DNA of 64,000 nt from Eledone cirrhosa (lineage: Eukaryota): contig OZ024742.1 of the NCBI GenBank assembly GCA_964016885.1, forward strand, positions 154,504,001-154,568,000. The letters are read 5' to 3'. Shown piece after piece: positions 51,101 through 64,000 of this stretch (the first letter of the stretch is position 1; every line of letters starts with the position of its first letter). A program made the position numbers and the translations under genes. A model generated the notes under the pieces. It searched no databases and was not told the DNA's origin. It worked only from the letters and a program-made list of their open reading frames with translations.

Positions 51101-53339
51101 TAAGTGTGTGTGTATGTGTGTGTGTGTGTAAATCTATATATTGTGTATGAATGTTGGGAGAGAGGAAGAAAAGTCTAAGGAGGGAGATGTGGATTTAATT
51201 TTAACAGCGCATGTACATGTTCATCCCTAAACAAACATGCCTCTTTATCGATCGAACAAGTATTTTATAGCCGGCTTACTTCCATGTTTATTGTTGATCG
51301 TTATCGTATAAAATGACTGCGTAAATTTGGCTCTTCTATAGTACTTTGTGTGCTTTGTACAGTGGCTGATTTTTACAAAGTATGATTCGTAGTGTTGGTA
51401 GGTTTGTATAGTAGGCGGTATGGTGATGTATGTATAGGCTGCTTCGTAATGCGTGTGGTTTGTAAAGTTATTATAGAAAAGCAGAAAAACTGCCGAAAAA
51501 GCCACGATCAAACAATTTATTTTATGTGCCTTTGCTAGTAAAAATCAATTTGCTAGATTAAACTATCCAATCCATGTTTATAAAGAAACGCCTCCATTTT
51601 TAATGTATATATTTTTTTTTGTTGCGACATGATCATAACATTCATGTCATGTAATATTTTGTTTTTATTGACGGCTGCGAAATCCTTAAATTTATTCCCA
51701 TTTTAATTAAACTTTCAGATGATAGCATAGCTGCTCCTGTTGCCATGACTTTGGTGCATCGTTTGTTGATTTGTTCTATGTTAAAGTCTTGAATGTAGTC
51801 TACTGTTTATTTTTGTTAAATAGTTTTAGTTGCTGTGCAATCCTAAGTCACCAATGATCCAGCTGAACTATGATCAAAGGCTAATAAAGCATGATCATTG
51901 GCAACGATATTAGCCTATATTTGCTATATCAGGTTGTTGTGTGAAAGTATTTGACTGTTATTTATTTCTAGCAGATCAATCGACTGCGGAGGATCGTCCT
52001 CATTGGTTCGGTTTTTCGAAGTATTATTGGTCGTCGTTTGTTTTGTAACACATTAGATCTGCCGACATACAGCAAATATGTTTTACCTGGCCAGCTATTA
52101 TTTGCTCTGTATCTAGCACTAGGTTGACCAATGACTCATTCACCAGGAAGGTCTAATTAGAAAACAGTTTGACTACTTTTTCTACTTCTTGTGGAGTCAT
52201 ATATTTCACCGTAGGTTTTTGGAGCTGGTAATACAAATGTTTCAGTTGTTTTGATAAATCATCTTAACAAGGAAACCTATGCATCGATGATCGGGCTGAT
52301 AGCTTCAATTATTGATTGACTTCATTGTACTGAATCATGTGATAAGATGTAACAGAATTCTGGAATTTTATAAACTGTGAGGTGTATACAATCTTCGTGT
52401 ATTTAACAATTCGTCTCCGTATTTTCTTATGAATTTCTTTCAAGTTCAGGGACGATTTTATATATAAACATTCCTTGGACTGTTTCTTGCGTAGCTGTTA
52501 TATATGTTGTTAAGTGAAGTTAAGTATTTTGAGTCTTATACATTACGACGTGGTGGCACTCTTTGAAATAGTAATCATATTTCATAGAAATAGAATATCA
52601 TATTTTCATCATAACTAACTACTCTTTCAAATAGTAGTTAATTATGATGAAAATATGATAATCTATATCTTGTTTTCTCTATTTTGGATGCAGATTTAGT
52701 GGTTAATCTGATAATAGATATAGTGATATATTTATTGTTGTCTATTAATGTATTGCTCTCAGTTTGTTTTGAATTATTAATGTGGTACTATGAACGCATA
52801 TGCTTGGAATTTAAGTTCTGTACACAAAATATATTTATCCCCAATATACGTCTCACGAAATACCATATTTCATACCGGAGTGTATAGAATTTTTCTTAAA
52901 TTATTTTCCGTATTCATGTGAATACATGTGACTCAATATGTTTCAATATATTCCATATGTATCGTTTAATAGTAAAGTTAGATATGTATGGACATAAACC
53001 ATTTCCATATCTCTAAATCAGATGGGGCTGTACATGTAGTTATGACGTGACCTAGACAGACATAGTGGAGTTTACGGACGGTACATAAACGAAAGAAAGG
53101 GAAGAATCATAACATTTTCAAAAAATTTATAAATGTGACATAACAATTAAAAGTTGTGGTTCATTAATTATTTGAAACAGCTTAAATATTAAGTTTAATT
53201 TTATTTTTATTATCTCTTTTGTATATCCTCAGTGGCCGTTTATTAGCAGAAGTGATAGAGCTGGTATTGAGTTATATTTCTTTACGATTTGATTTCAAAT
53301 CCGGCAAGATCAAATTTGCTTTGTACATAAAGATATCGA

Positions 53340-53732
53340 ACATTTGTTAGAACACTTCAGAAGAATTTTGAGAAAGCCATCGACAAGCACAAACTCAAGG
53401 ATGGTTTACTACGAAAGCTCAAGTCTAAGGAAATATTATCATATACCATCGTTGAGAGAAAACTCAAATATTTTAACACTCAATTAAAGAAAATAATGGA
53501 TTACAGAAGCCATAGAAAATTAATGGGAAAAGAAACATTGAAAGATGGGAATTACCCGAACGGATAACATTAACGTTCGTACGGACATAATCAAAATGCA
53601 GAGAATGTATGAATTTACAGAAACAGCAAAGAGGAATCGTCGTTCGTTAGCTTCCAACCTGCTGAAATCGGAAGATACCCGCTGATGATGGTGTGTGTGT
53701 TTTTAAAAGGAAGATGATGATGATGATGATGA
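53340..53732 (+). pseudogene. Decayed RTE 3' end with (TGA)n tail
   Basis: TIVERKLKYF..., DNI.., SNLLKSEDTR** followed by TGATGA repeats. Confidence 0.5.
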
Positions 53733-54332
53733 GGGGGAGAACATGGAATAGGGTTTGTAAACATTTAGAAAATGTTTTAATAGTGGTGGTAGTAGAACTA
53801 ATGTGGATAGGATTATAATATTGCTGATGCTGATGATGTGACATACGAGCTTTTCTTTTCTTGCAGCAGTTAAGTCCAGATCCTGAAGATATATGATCAC
53901 TGATATTTCATTCACGACCAACAATTTTTTTAAAAAATATATCTAAGCCTACATTCTCTCGTTTGCACTTCCTGGTTTGCAGTTGTTTTAAAAAGTCGAG
54001 CGATTGTAAAAAATGTATGTGTTGTTTTCGTTGTTGTTGTTTGTGTTGTTTAGTTCTAGTGCAGCATTGATGTAGTTGATGTCTGATCAAAGGTGTTCCC
54101 TCCCTTGTTGTGATACCAATAAACATATTTTACTATTTATTACGGCGATGGATTTGGCAGAACAATTATAATGTCGGATAACATTGTTCGCGTTATCAAT
54201 TTTAGCTATTAAGTACAAATACCACAGTGATCATTTTTTTTTAGAATTTCGTGGCTCAACTTAATCGGCTATCCGCTCTTATAACATTGCTTTCACTGTG
54301 CCTTTTTTAGAAGCATTATTTTTCAAATCCAA

Positions 54333-54730
54333 GGGCGGTGAATTGGCAGTATCGGTAGAGAGTTGGACGCCATGCTTTGACGCATAGAGTTACTGCCCTT
54401 GCCATTCTGAGTTCAAATCCCGCCGAGGTTAACTTTGCCTTTCATCCTTACGGGGTCGATAAAATAAAGTACCAGTAATGTACTGGGTAATTGCTGGCCT
54501 TGTGCCAAAAGTAGAAATAATTATTTTTCCAATCCATAAGGCGGTGGATTGGCAGTATCGGTAGAGGATCGGATGCCATGCTTTGAAGCATAGAGTTACC
54601 TCCCTGTATGATCTGAGTTCAAATCCCGCCGGGGTTAACTTTGCCTTTCATCCTTCCGGGGTCGATAGAATAAAGTACCAGTAATGCATTGGGTAATTGC
54701 TGGCCTTGTGCCAAAAGTAGAAACAATTAT
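54333..54730 (+). mobile_element. Two tandem full-length SINE copies
   Basis: Consensus at 54333-54522 and 54540-54730, bounded by a repeated TTTTC(C/A)AATCC(AT)AAG. Confidence 0.9.
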
Positions 54731-55634
54731 TTTCCAATCCATAAGTTCTAAATTGTGGAATCCTGGCTCATATTTCTAGCAATTTGAGTTACCACGAAGC
54801 AGCTATGTTTCTTATAAGTACAACGAGGAAGAAATGCTGGTGGTAATGGAAACGGTATTATTTGCTTATTGTTTTAGATTCAAAGGTTGGCCGTTTCTGA
54901 CAGAGACAGATGTAAATGCTTATCAGTTTGTTATGATGTGATGAGTGAGATGATGTTTTGTTCATGAAGTTGTTGCTTTTATCATTGTTTTATTAATGGG
55001 GGTGAGGACAAAGTCGTTGTTGTTATTGTTAATGGAGTTGATGTTGCGTGTGGTGAGGCTAATGTTGATATTGTTAAAGTTGGTTGACGTTGTATAGAGA
55101 ATATTTCTGGGGATGGTGATGGTAAAAAAGATGTGATGGCGAGGTTGGCAGAGGGGTTTGTGGCCTCAGTGATAGAGGCTATACTGATAGTAATACTTTT
55201 GAGGTATCAGATTTTTTGTTTACGCTAAGTTTATTATTTTTTTTTTTTATTTGTGTCTTGTTAATCGTTTAACTGATAGCTATCACAATGTCAACTGTAA
55301 TTGTAGACGATGTTTTAAGGAAAGGGGAATTGAATGTATGTATATAGATGGTATTCGATGGAAATTATACATTTTTACTATTTACTGGTTCCAGTCACAG
55401 TATTATGACCCTCTCAAGAAACCGCATAAATGAGTTTTTAGTTTGACATGTACAGCCCCGTACTTATTTTACGAGCACTCTATTTTCGTTATTTCCTTTA
55501 AACTCACTCGTACAGACGCGTGTGGGCTAAGCCAGATTGAAAATGTCTAGGGTTCAGTGTAATTTAAGTTTGCTCTTCTGAACGCTCATTTGGGTCTGGG
55601 GATATGCAATCATTGTGCCTCCGTCCATATATTG

Positions 55635-55770
<136 letters not shown>

Positions 55771-55788
55771 TATAATAATAATAATAAT

Positions 55789-58640
55789 ATACCTTGAGGC
55801 GAGGAGCCTTCACCAGTGCAACAATATCCTCAAAGCAACAGCAAATACGGTGAGGAAACTACTTGGTATAAAAGCGAGAGGAAACAACAGACAAGAAAGA
55901 GCAGAGCCGTGGTGGAAGAAGCGACTGAGTGGGCAAATCGGGGAAATGAGAAATGACATAGGAAAGCTTGAGTCACTACTGAATGGGACACTAAAAAACA
56001 TAGGCACTAAAAATAGACTGGAAATAAAATACAAAACTAGGAGTAAAAAGCTAAATATTATCATAGAGGAATTGAAGCAACGCATTGTAGCAAAGAGTGC
56101 AAAAATCAGGCGATACGAGAACAGAGTCAGTCAGTATAAACAGAACCGCATGTTCGACAACAACCAGAAGATGCTGTTTGGACAGCTTGAGGGGAAAGAA
56201 AGAGGCAACGACTTGATCCCTGGGGCGGAACAAACTAAAACATTCTGGAGAGGAATATGGGAGCAGGATGTTAGACACAATGCCCAGGCAGGGTCGATTG
56301 AGACAGTACAGAGGGAGATCGGTGAGCAGGCACAACAACAGACTGATTTGAGTATCACAGTTGAAACTCTTAAGGGGCAAGCCCAAAAACTAACCAACTG
56401 GAAATCACCAGGCCCAGATGGTGTGCAGGGGTATTGGATTAAACATTTAACATCCCTCCACCCGAAGCTGACGGCCATGTTCAATGACTGCTTGGTGTCG
56501 GGTGAGGTGCCAGAGTGGTTGACAAAAGGTACCACAGTTCTGATAATGAAAGACCGAATCAAGGGTAATGATGTTACCAACTATAGACCTATCACATGTC
56601 TGCCCGTAATGTGGAAACTGTTGACGAGCATTGTGTCTGAGGAAATCTACCATCACCTCCACACAAACAACTTGTTACCGGACGAACAGAAAGGATGCCG
56701 AAAGAAGTCACGTGGTACAAAGGACCAGTTGCTTATTGATAAGATGGTAATGGGGAATTGGAGGAGGAGACACACTGATCTTGCCATGGGATGGATAGAC
56801 TACAGAAAGGCATTTGACATGGTGCCTCATTCCTGGATCACCAAAAGCCTGGAGATCTTCAGGGTGGCAGATAACATCAGACAGTTGCTAGGCAGGAGTA
56901 TGGGGTCCTGGGAGATAGAGCTGACATCAACTGGAGTATCCTTGGGAAGCGTGAAGATCAAGAGAGGTATCTTCCAGGGAGATAGCCTGTCCCCTCTGTT
57001 GTTTGTCCTTGCCCTGATGCCCTTGACCATTATGCTGCGAAAAGTGAGAGCAGGATACAAGTTGGGAAGGGGAGAGCTTACCATCAATCACCTCCTCTTC
57101 ATGGACGATCTTAAGCTCTTCGGGAAAAGTGAGAAGGAGTTGGATGTGCTTGCTGACACTGTCCGTATTTTCAGCAGTGATATATGTATGCAGTTTGGTA
57201 TTGGTAAATGTGGAGTCATTGGGATGAAGAGGGGTAGGTTGAGCAGAAGTAACGGGATCCAGATACCAACAGGTGAGATGATAAAGGAAATTGACTCTGA
57301 GGAAGGATACAAGTATTTGGGCGTTCTGGAGGCTGATGGCATAAAGAACAAAAAAATGAAGGAATTGTTAAGAACTGAATACATTCGGAGAGTAAGGAGC
57401 GTATTGAAGTCACATCTGAACAGCAGAAATGCCATAAGCGCAGTAAATTCCCGAGCTGTGTCTATTATTAGGTACAGTGCGGGAATTCTGAGATGGAATG
57501 TTGCTGAACAAAAAGAAATGGATAGGAAGACTAGGAAGCTATTGACTATCTACAACATGTTCCACAAGAGGAGTGATGTCGATATACTCTACCTAAGGAG
57601 ATCTGAGGGTGGAAGAGGTCTTATCAGCATAGAGGACTGTGTTCAGATGGAGAAAAACAACCTATACAAATACGTGACCTATAGTAAGGAGCCAATGCTC
57701 AGAACTGTACTGAAGGAGGGGACAGTAGGCCAGGGGATGTCCAAGGAGGAAATAACATCAAGGAGGAAGAGCAGCCTTAAGGGAAAATCCCTTCATAGTA
57801 CCTTCTTTGTGAAAACTGAATTTAGAGATCCACAGACATGGAACTGGTTGAGAAGAGGAGACCTCAAAAAGGCTACAGAAGGAATGCTAATGGCTGCGCA
57901 GGAGCAGGCCCTCAAGACGAAGTGGTTGAAGCACCATATCTACAAGGAGGAGGCTAGCCCACTGTGCAGGATCTGTGGAGAGAGGAGACTGTGGCTCACA
58001 TTGTGTCCGAGTGTAAACACCTAGCCCAGACCCACTATAAGGGCTGGAGACACGATGTGATGGGCAGGGTGATCCACTGGCACCTGTGCAAAGTAAACAA
58101 TCTACCACATTCTGAGAAATGGTATGAGCATAGGCCAGAGGCGGTGATGGAGAACAATCAGGTGAAGGTGCTGTGGGATTTTAGGATACAGACGGACAAA
58201 AAACTGGAACACAATAGACCTGACCTGGTGGTTGTGGACAAAGAAAAAAGATCGTGCCTGATTGTGGATGTAGCCTGCCCGTTCGACACGAGAGTGCAAG
58301 AGAAGGAGAGGGAGAAAATTAACCGATACCAGGACCTAAAGTGGGAGGTGAAAAGGATTTGGAACTGCCATGAAGTCAAAGTTATCCCGATTGTCATAGG
58401 CGCACTGGGGACTATCTCCAAAAGTTTCCAGGGATGGTTAAAGAAAGTCGGCCCCTTCACGCTTTTTGGAACGCTTCTAAAGGCATGCTTGCTTGGAACA
58501 GCAAGAACCCTCCGATACGTCCTGAATATCTGAGGCTGCAGGTAGTGGCTTGATATTCAATCCAACGGACTTTCCAGTTAACCAACATCAATGACTGAGA
58601 TTCAAGGAATAACAATAACAATAATAATAATAATAATAAT
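55789..58640 (+). mobile_element. Dong/R4-clade non-LTR retrotransposon, 5'-truncated, inserted in (AAT)n
   Basis: RT + CCHC + restriction-like endonuclease, with (AAT)n at both ends (55715-55788 and 58608-58640). TAA-repeat targeting is known for Dong. Confidence 0.92.
55850..58533 (+). pseudogene. Reverse transcriptase-RLE polyprotein with a single frameshift near 57980
   Basis: NWKSPGPDG, NYRPITCL, WIDYRKAFDMVPH, GIFQGDSLSPLLF, HLLFMDD, CRICGE / ETVAHIVSEC, RHD, WDFRIQTD..HNRPD..VDVACP..EK..RYQDL. Confidence 0.92.
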
Positions 58641-58721
58641 GAGTTTCAGAAGATCCCGTTAAGGGTGAAGCAGCGATTATTTGCTTAAACTTTAATCTAT
58701 TATTTTAATATATATATATAT

Positions 58722-59211
58722 ATATTGTTATACTTTGGGAGGGTCATGTTGCCAATAAGAAACACACGCACCAGGTGGTTTCACTTAAATTTATTATAAT
58801 AAATTCATAAATTTAGGAATTTATAAATTTCAGGTTAGTTGGTTGGCTCCACAACCGGATAATTGTTTAGATATTGTTAAAGTTATTTCGTCACACATCA
58901 TGTGACCTCTTCAGTTACTGCGGATTATTTTCTTTGTTTTGTGCCCCTCCTTTGTTCAGTCCTACGCCATATTGTTTGTGTGTGTGTGCACACACACAAA
59001 AACAAAGAAAATAATCCTCAGTCACTGAAGAGGTCACATAATGTGTGACGAAAGAAATTTGACAATATATACGCAATGACCCGGTTGAGAACCCAACCAA
59101 CCGGAAATTTATAAATTCCTAAATTTGTAAATTTATTATAATAAATTGAAGTGAAAGCACCTGGTGCGTGTGTTTCTTATTGGCAACATGACCCTCCCAA
59201 AGTATAACAAT

Positions 59212-59212
<1 letters not shown>
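58722..59212. mobile_element. 490-bp foldback element with a hammerhead motif in each arm
   Basis: Termini TATTGTTATACTTTGGGAGGGTCATGTTGCCAATAAGAAACACACGCACCAGGTG are perfectly inverted. HHR-like motifs at 58876-58918 (-) and 59021-59063 (+). A solo terminus lies at 44943-44995. Confidence 0.85.
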
Positions 59213-59290
<78 letters not shown>

Positions 59291-59485
59291 ATACTTGGGT
59301 AGGGTCATATTATTGTGATAATATTGCCAGAAATAATAACAGAACACGCTCACTGTTTGGTTGGTTTTCGCTTCTGTAACTTTTATATCTCCACAGTTAA
59401 ATCATTCGGCCCTCAATGTTTACAATTGACTGCCGAACGTTTAAAAATGCAGATATAATATAGATATAAACACATATATATAGTC

Positions 59486-59694
59486 TAACAAAGTTCTTTC
59501 GTTGCACATCTACAACATCATAAGTGGTACTATTATGTTCCTCCGGTTGTATTGTATATTTACGCCATCTTTATTTTAAAAGATCTATATATAAAAACAT
59601 ATATATATATATATAAAATGGCTTAGATATACAATACAACAGGAGGAACATAATAGTAACACTGATGATGTTGCAGATGTGCGACGAAAGAAAC
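59486..59694. mobile_element. Short foldback with hammerhead motifs in both arms
   Basis: 59494-59570 is inverted at 59618-59692. Plus arm: TAACA-CTGATGA-T-GTTGCA-GATG-TGCGAC-GAAA-GAA. The minus arm supplies GAAA-GAAC-TT-TGTTA. Confidence 0.75.
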
Positions 59695-59707
59695 ATATAT
59701 ACATGCG

Positions 59708-59761
<54 letters not shown>

Positions 59762-59772
<11 letters not shown>

Positions 59773-60018
59773 ACATATGGGTTTACCGAACATTTATTAT
59801 AATGCTCGTTTTGTTTGTAAACACACAGCCCAAATTATTAGCCGTACAGTGTTCGGCAACCATCGTTGCCCTTTTGTTCATCACTGACAAAGGAACGATG
59901 AACTAGTTCCTACCTTCTTAGCTGTCATCAGCACCGTATACCTTGGTGTCAGATGATTTAAAATATATACTTTCCTTATGCATATTAAAGGCTGAGCAGC
60001 CCAATTTGCATATCGACC
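59762..60018 (-). mobile_element. Partial copy of the retrozyme-like family with a decayed hammerhead (59895-59937)
   Basis: Minus strand ATGCAAAT..GCTGCTCAGCC..ACGGTG-CTGATGA-CAGCT AAGA AGGTA-GGAA-CTAG-TT-CATCGT. Confidence 0.8.
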
Positions 60019-60091
<73 letters not shown>

Positions 60092-60248
60092 ATAATAATA
60101 AATTTGAAGACTAAAATTCAAAGAGGGCTCGATAAGGATAAATATATATCAAATATATAAGAACCATAGAGCAAATATTTATTAGAATAACAGATTAAAG
60201 TTTAAGAAAAGAATCGCTGCTTTCACCCTTAACGGGATCTTCTGAAAC

Positions 60249-60339
<91 letters not shown>

Positions 60340-60369
60340 CAGTTAATAACTGTTGCCAATTGATTAAAT

Positions 60370-60650
60370 ACTAAAGTTTTCGCGATCAATATAATACATG
60401 GTCTTTTCCCTCTTACAGTTGGCATGGTGGGGTGTACATGGTGAGACGACAAGAGAGAGTGAGTGGTACACCAGTATTTGACTGGTCATGTATTTATCAA
60501 GCCGGAAATGTTTCTTGAAAGGCATAGTCCATATCGAACTTCGAGTGGTGGAAGCCGAAACAAAAACCACAAGTATGTTTGTCCTACGTTCTAAGGAATG
60601 TATCAAATCACAACTTTTTATGTATAATTGTTTTATTTTATCCATTGTTA
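60370..60650 (-). pseudogene. Decayed PLE GIY-YIG fragment
   Basis: IWTMPFKKHF and NCKREK resemble the YIG.T...FK.RF and C.LC..EK motifs. Confidence 0.45.
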
Positions 60651-61008
60651 ATAATGTAAATATCGTAGTTCATTGCAGATTCAATGAAAGTTTTTATGCG
60701 GATTGTGTTTGACGTTGAAAATAAGAATTGTTAAAGAAGTAAATATAGTAATATGAAAAGATGTAGGTGTGTGTTTAGAAAATATCCGTAGATGTGAGAA
60801 AGGAAAACAAAAATACACTGTCCATAAATACTCACACATACACACGCACTCGTGTACCGGTCGCATCGTGATGGGGATTTTACATCACTCTTCGCAGAGT
60901 CACATATCTCTCCATCTCCCTTAACTTTTGGATATCATGAAATCTTTGATGAACATAAATACATAGTTTAATAAGATAAAATGTATATATATATACATAT
61001 ATATATAC

Positions 61009-61059
<51 letters not shown>

Positions 61060-61060
61060 T

Positions 61061-61128
<68 letters not shown>

Positions 61129-61770
61129 GTGTGTGTGTGTGTGTGGAAATGTAGGTAGGTATGTGAGGTTGGCATATATCATAAAACTTATCATGTTCAT
61201 ATGAACTAATATCACAGAATATAGATTGCTTGATATCAAATAACAGCAGATTGAAGTGCACCCAGGGAGATTTTTACTAAGCAAAATTGAGAGATATTTA
61301 AAAAATTCTTCGCCAAATTAAAATACACAAATATTTAATACAAATAACAACAAACCGAAGAAAAACGTAAATAATTATCAATTTTGTTCGCTGGAATTTA
61401 TTATGTAAACAATACTTCCTAGTTAATGAGATATTAAGCAAATATTTAATGATTAATTTGGGCTTCAGTCAACGAAATTTATAATGAGAGAAATCAGAAA
61501 TTCTACTAACTTTATTCTTTCTCTCTATTTATCTGTAAATTTCTCTAACATCATCTATCAACATAATTTGTTTGTATTCGTCTCTGACAAAAACATCTGT
61601 TTTTCAACTACATATTACCTTCTCTTTATATCTGATTTTATTGTTGGTGTGTTTTTCATTTTTGGACGTACGATCATACATAACATTATCATTCTCTAGT
61701 AACACCTACAGCGATATAACTATGTCTATTCTCTACTTAATCTGTCAAATATATTTATTTTGCTTGCTTT

Positions 61771-61855
<85 letters not shown>

Positions 61856-61989
61856 CTTTATCTCTCTCTCTCTCTGTCTATCTATCTATCTACCTATCTC
61901 TCTCTCTCTTTCTCTATCTATTTAAATGTATAGATTTCCTTACAGACGTCATACATTTTCCTCTTTCACTTTTTTCCGCCTGGCCCACT

Positions 61990-63060
61990 ATTCCCAGTTT
62001 TCCCCTTGACCCATCGTCAGTTATTCATTTCGCCTCACTGCCTTCCATATCACTCGCATCAAACAAATCTAAATTTCGCAGGGCAGCCCCATACTATATC
62101 ACAACCTTAAACAATAATGGCTCTTCGGAGAATGTCCTACTCTCCGGACTATACTCCTAAAACTAATAAGAAAAAGACCTAGGCATAGATCTAACTTCTG
62201 GTTATTTCTTCTTTTCTCCTTGAATGTTAAATGCATGTAAAATCTCTTTTAGCCCTTATAGTTATGGATTAACCCATGGGACATAGATTCGACCATATTT
62301 TTAAACGTCGTACCCGTAAAATTGCATAGTCGAGTACCAGAAATATGAAATCATGCGTTCTAAATAAATACCAGAAACTCCAGACATATGGATGTTCATG
62401 TAAAACGCAAAGAGTGAGGCCCACTGGATCAGCAATGCAACACCCCAGCGATAATAAATGAAGCTGAAGCTTCTTCACTGAATCAATGTAGTCAGAAAGA
62501 GACCTCGACATTGTACGCATGTCGGAGTTTCGTTGCAATACAATTGCATAAATCATGAAAAGACTTAAAACGAATAACACTGATTTGGCGAACGAAATAT
62601 GGCGACTCTAGGACACGAACTGAAAGTGCTCTATTAAATAGAAGATACCTGAACAAGCTCAACCATACATCTGTTTGCAGATTATACAACGATGAGTGGT
62701 TGTGGTTAATTAATAATCTTTATACCCGCTTAGAATACTTCTTTCGCATTTCCCATACCACGAAACATCTTCTAAGTCAATTATATCCACAGCAGCTAAC
62801 TCTAAAAACAAATCCCTCCTATAGCTTAACTTAAGCTCTAGGCCCCTCTATTTTTTGATTTGGCCTACGTAGAATGTAACAATTTATTCATTAATTCTGC
62901 AAGGGTTATACTACCCTGAGGTGTTCTTTCTTTAATTAGTTTCTATAATGTTCTTCCTACCCAATATCTTATTCACTCCTTTGATCGCACTCTTATATAA
63001 GCACTGATTCAGAATCTGTTTCAAACATCGAAATGCGTGCTCCAGTTGTATCTTCGCGTG
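61990..63060 (+). pseudogene. Decayed Penelope-like element fragments (RT thumb and GIY-YIG)
   Basis: SLASNKSKFRRAAPYYITTLNNNG (62071-62142) and NNTDLANEIWRL*DTN*KCSIK*KIPEQAQPY (62573-62668). Confidence 0.65.
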
Positions 63061-63086
63061 CTCCTTTTTTAATATTGGTTTTAATG

Positions 63087-63125
<39 letters not shown>

Positions 63126-63229
63126 CTTTTATTATCCTTAACACATAAGCGTCACTACCGTGATTGTGACAGATTTTGCAAATGCACGTTCACCAGCATG
63201 GTTTACATATAGGCATATAGGCAAGTCAA

Positions 63230-63289
<60 letters not shown>

Positions 63290-63326
63290 TATGAAGAGAG
63301 AAGAAACATTTAGATATAATTAGTAA

Positions 63327-64000
63327 TAAAATGTATCATACCAAAACTGCTCCTAAATTCCTCGACTACGTAGTTTCGTGGCATAAACAAAAACAATATA
63401 TCATAAAGATATAGAGTCCTTGCGAGGTCTGCCGACTTATCAAGAGGATACCTCATTTTACTAGTCTCAAGAACGCGTCTACACGACGTGAGAAAGAATC
63501 CCATTCATTGAGCAACATCGGTGAAGTTGGCACCCTTAACTCACAGTTGGGTGCGGATGCATTCATGTATATATGTGTGTGTCCGCATGTATCTGTGTGT
63601 TTCTAAATATATTGTTAATAACTCCCTCTGGTCGAGCAATCTTTGAAGTGTGGGGACAGCTGGAAAGCTTCCATTACTCATACTTCTCGCCTTCTTCACC
63701 ACCTCTTCTACGGCCTCGATATAAATACCCCCTGCGCCTCCGTGGTATTTTCTTCGGGGTTATAAGAGGCTTAGCTCTGTTTCTCGACCGTTATATCGCG
63801 TGACTATCTCCCCCTCCGCCTTTTGGGATTCTTTCTCACGTCGTCTAGACGCGTTCTTGAGACTAGTAAAATGAGGTATCCTCTTGATAAGTCGGCAGAC
63901 CTCGCAAGGACTCTATATCTTTATGATATATTGTTTTTGTTTATGCCACGAAACTACGTAGTCGAGGAATTTAGGAGCAGTTTAGGTATGATACATTTTA
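63327..64000. mobile_element. Inverted-repeat (PLE-type) element with near-identical arms, running off the window end
   Basis: 63327-63503 is the reverse complement of 63824-64000 with only about 2 differences. Each arm holds an HHR variant. Confidence 0.9.
63879..63968 (+). ncRNA. Type I hammerhead with U3-A8 core variant (mirror copy at 63359-63448, minus)
   Basis: TCCTC-TTGATAA-GT(C)GGCA...TGCCAC-GAAA-CTACGTAG-TC-GAGGA. Confidence 0.75.

Noticed and set aside
53023-55458. 14-bp inverted match GGGGCTGTACATGT / ACATGTACAGCCCC as possible TIRs
   Set aside because: No matching target-site duplication and no similarity beyond 14 bp.
56051-58460. Minus-strand ORFs overlapping the Dong element
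   Set aside because: Antisense shadows of the RT reading frame.

Overview
AT-rich, microsatellite-dense eukaryotic DNA with no recognisable host protein-coding gene. The SINE, Dong/R4, RTE, Penelope and Helitron content and the (TA)n/(CA)n load resemble a cephalopod (octopus-like) genome; this is an inference. Nearly all listed ORFs are microsatellite artefacts. Real coding remnants are retrotransposons: a near-intact 5'-truncated Dong/R4-type RLE LINE in an (AAT)n tract (55.8-58.6 kb), an RT-deleted Dong-type copy, a CRE-clade element nested in an RTE, and several Penelope-like (PLE) GIY-YIG/RT relics. The main finding is about 20 type I hammerhead ribozyme (HHR) motifs on both strands, read by eye. 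Six canonical copies sit in a near-identical 468-bp tandem array (23.7-26.4 kb) that looks like a non-LTR retrozyme. Diverged, circularly permuted relatives at 18, 47.5 and 59.8 kb show compensatory stem changes and keep an ATGCAAAT octamer upstream of the ribozyme. Other HHRs lie in foldback PLE-type elements and include a U3-A8 core variant and variants with an extra nucleotide after A9. A 2.1-kb foldback element carries clustered E2F/CCAAT/E-box motifs. No activity, expression or novelty has been tested.
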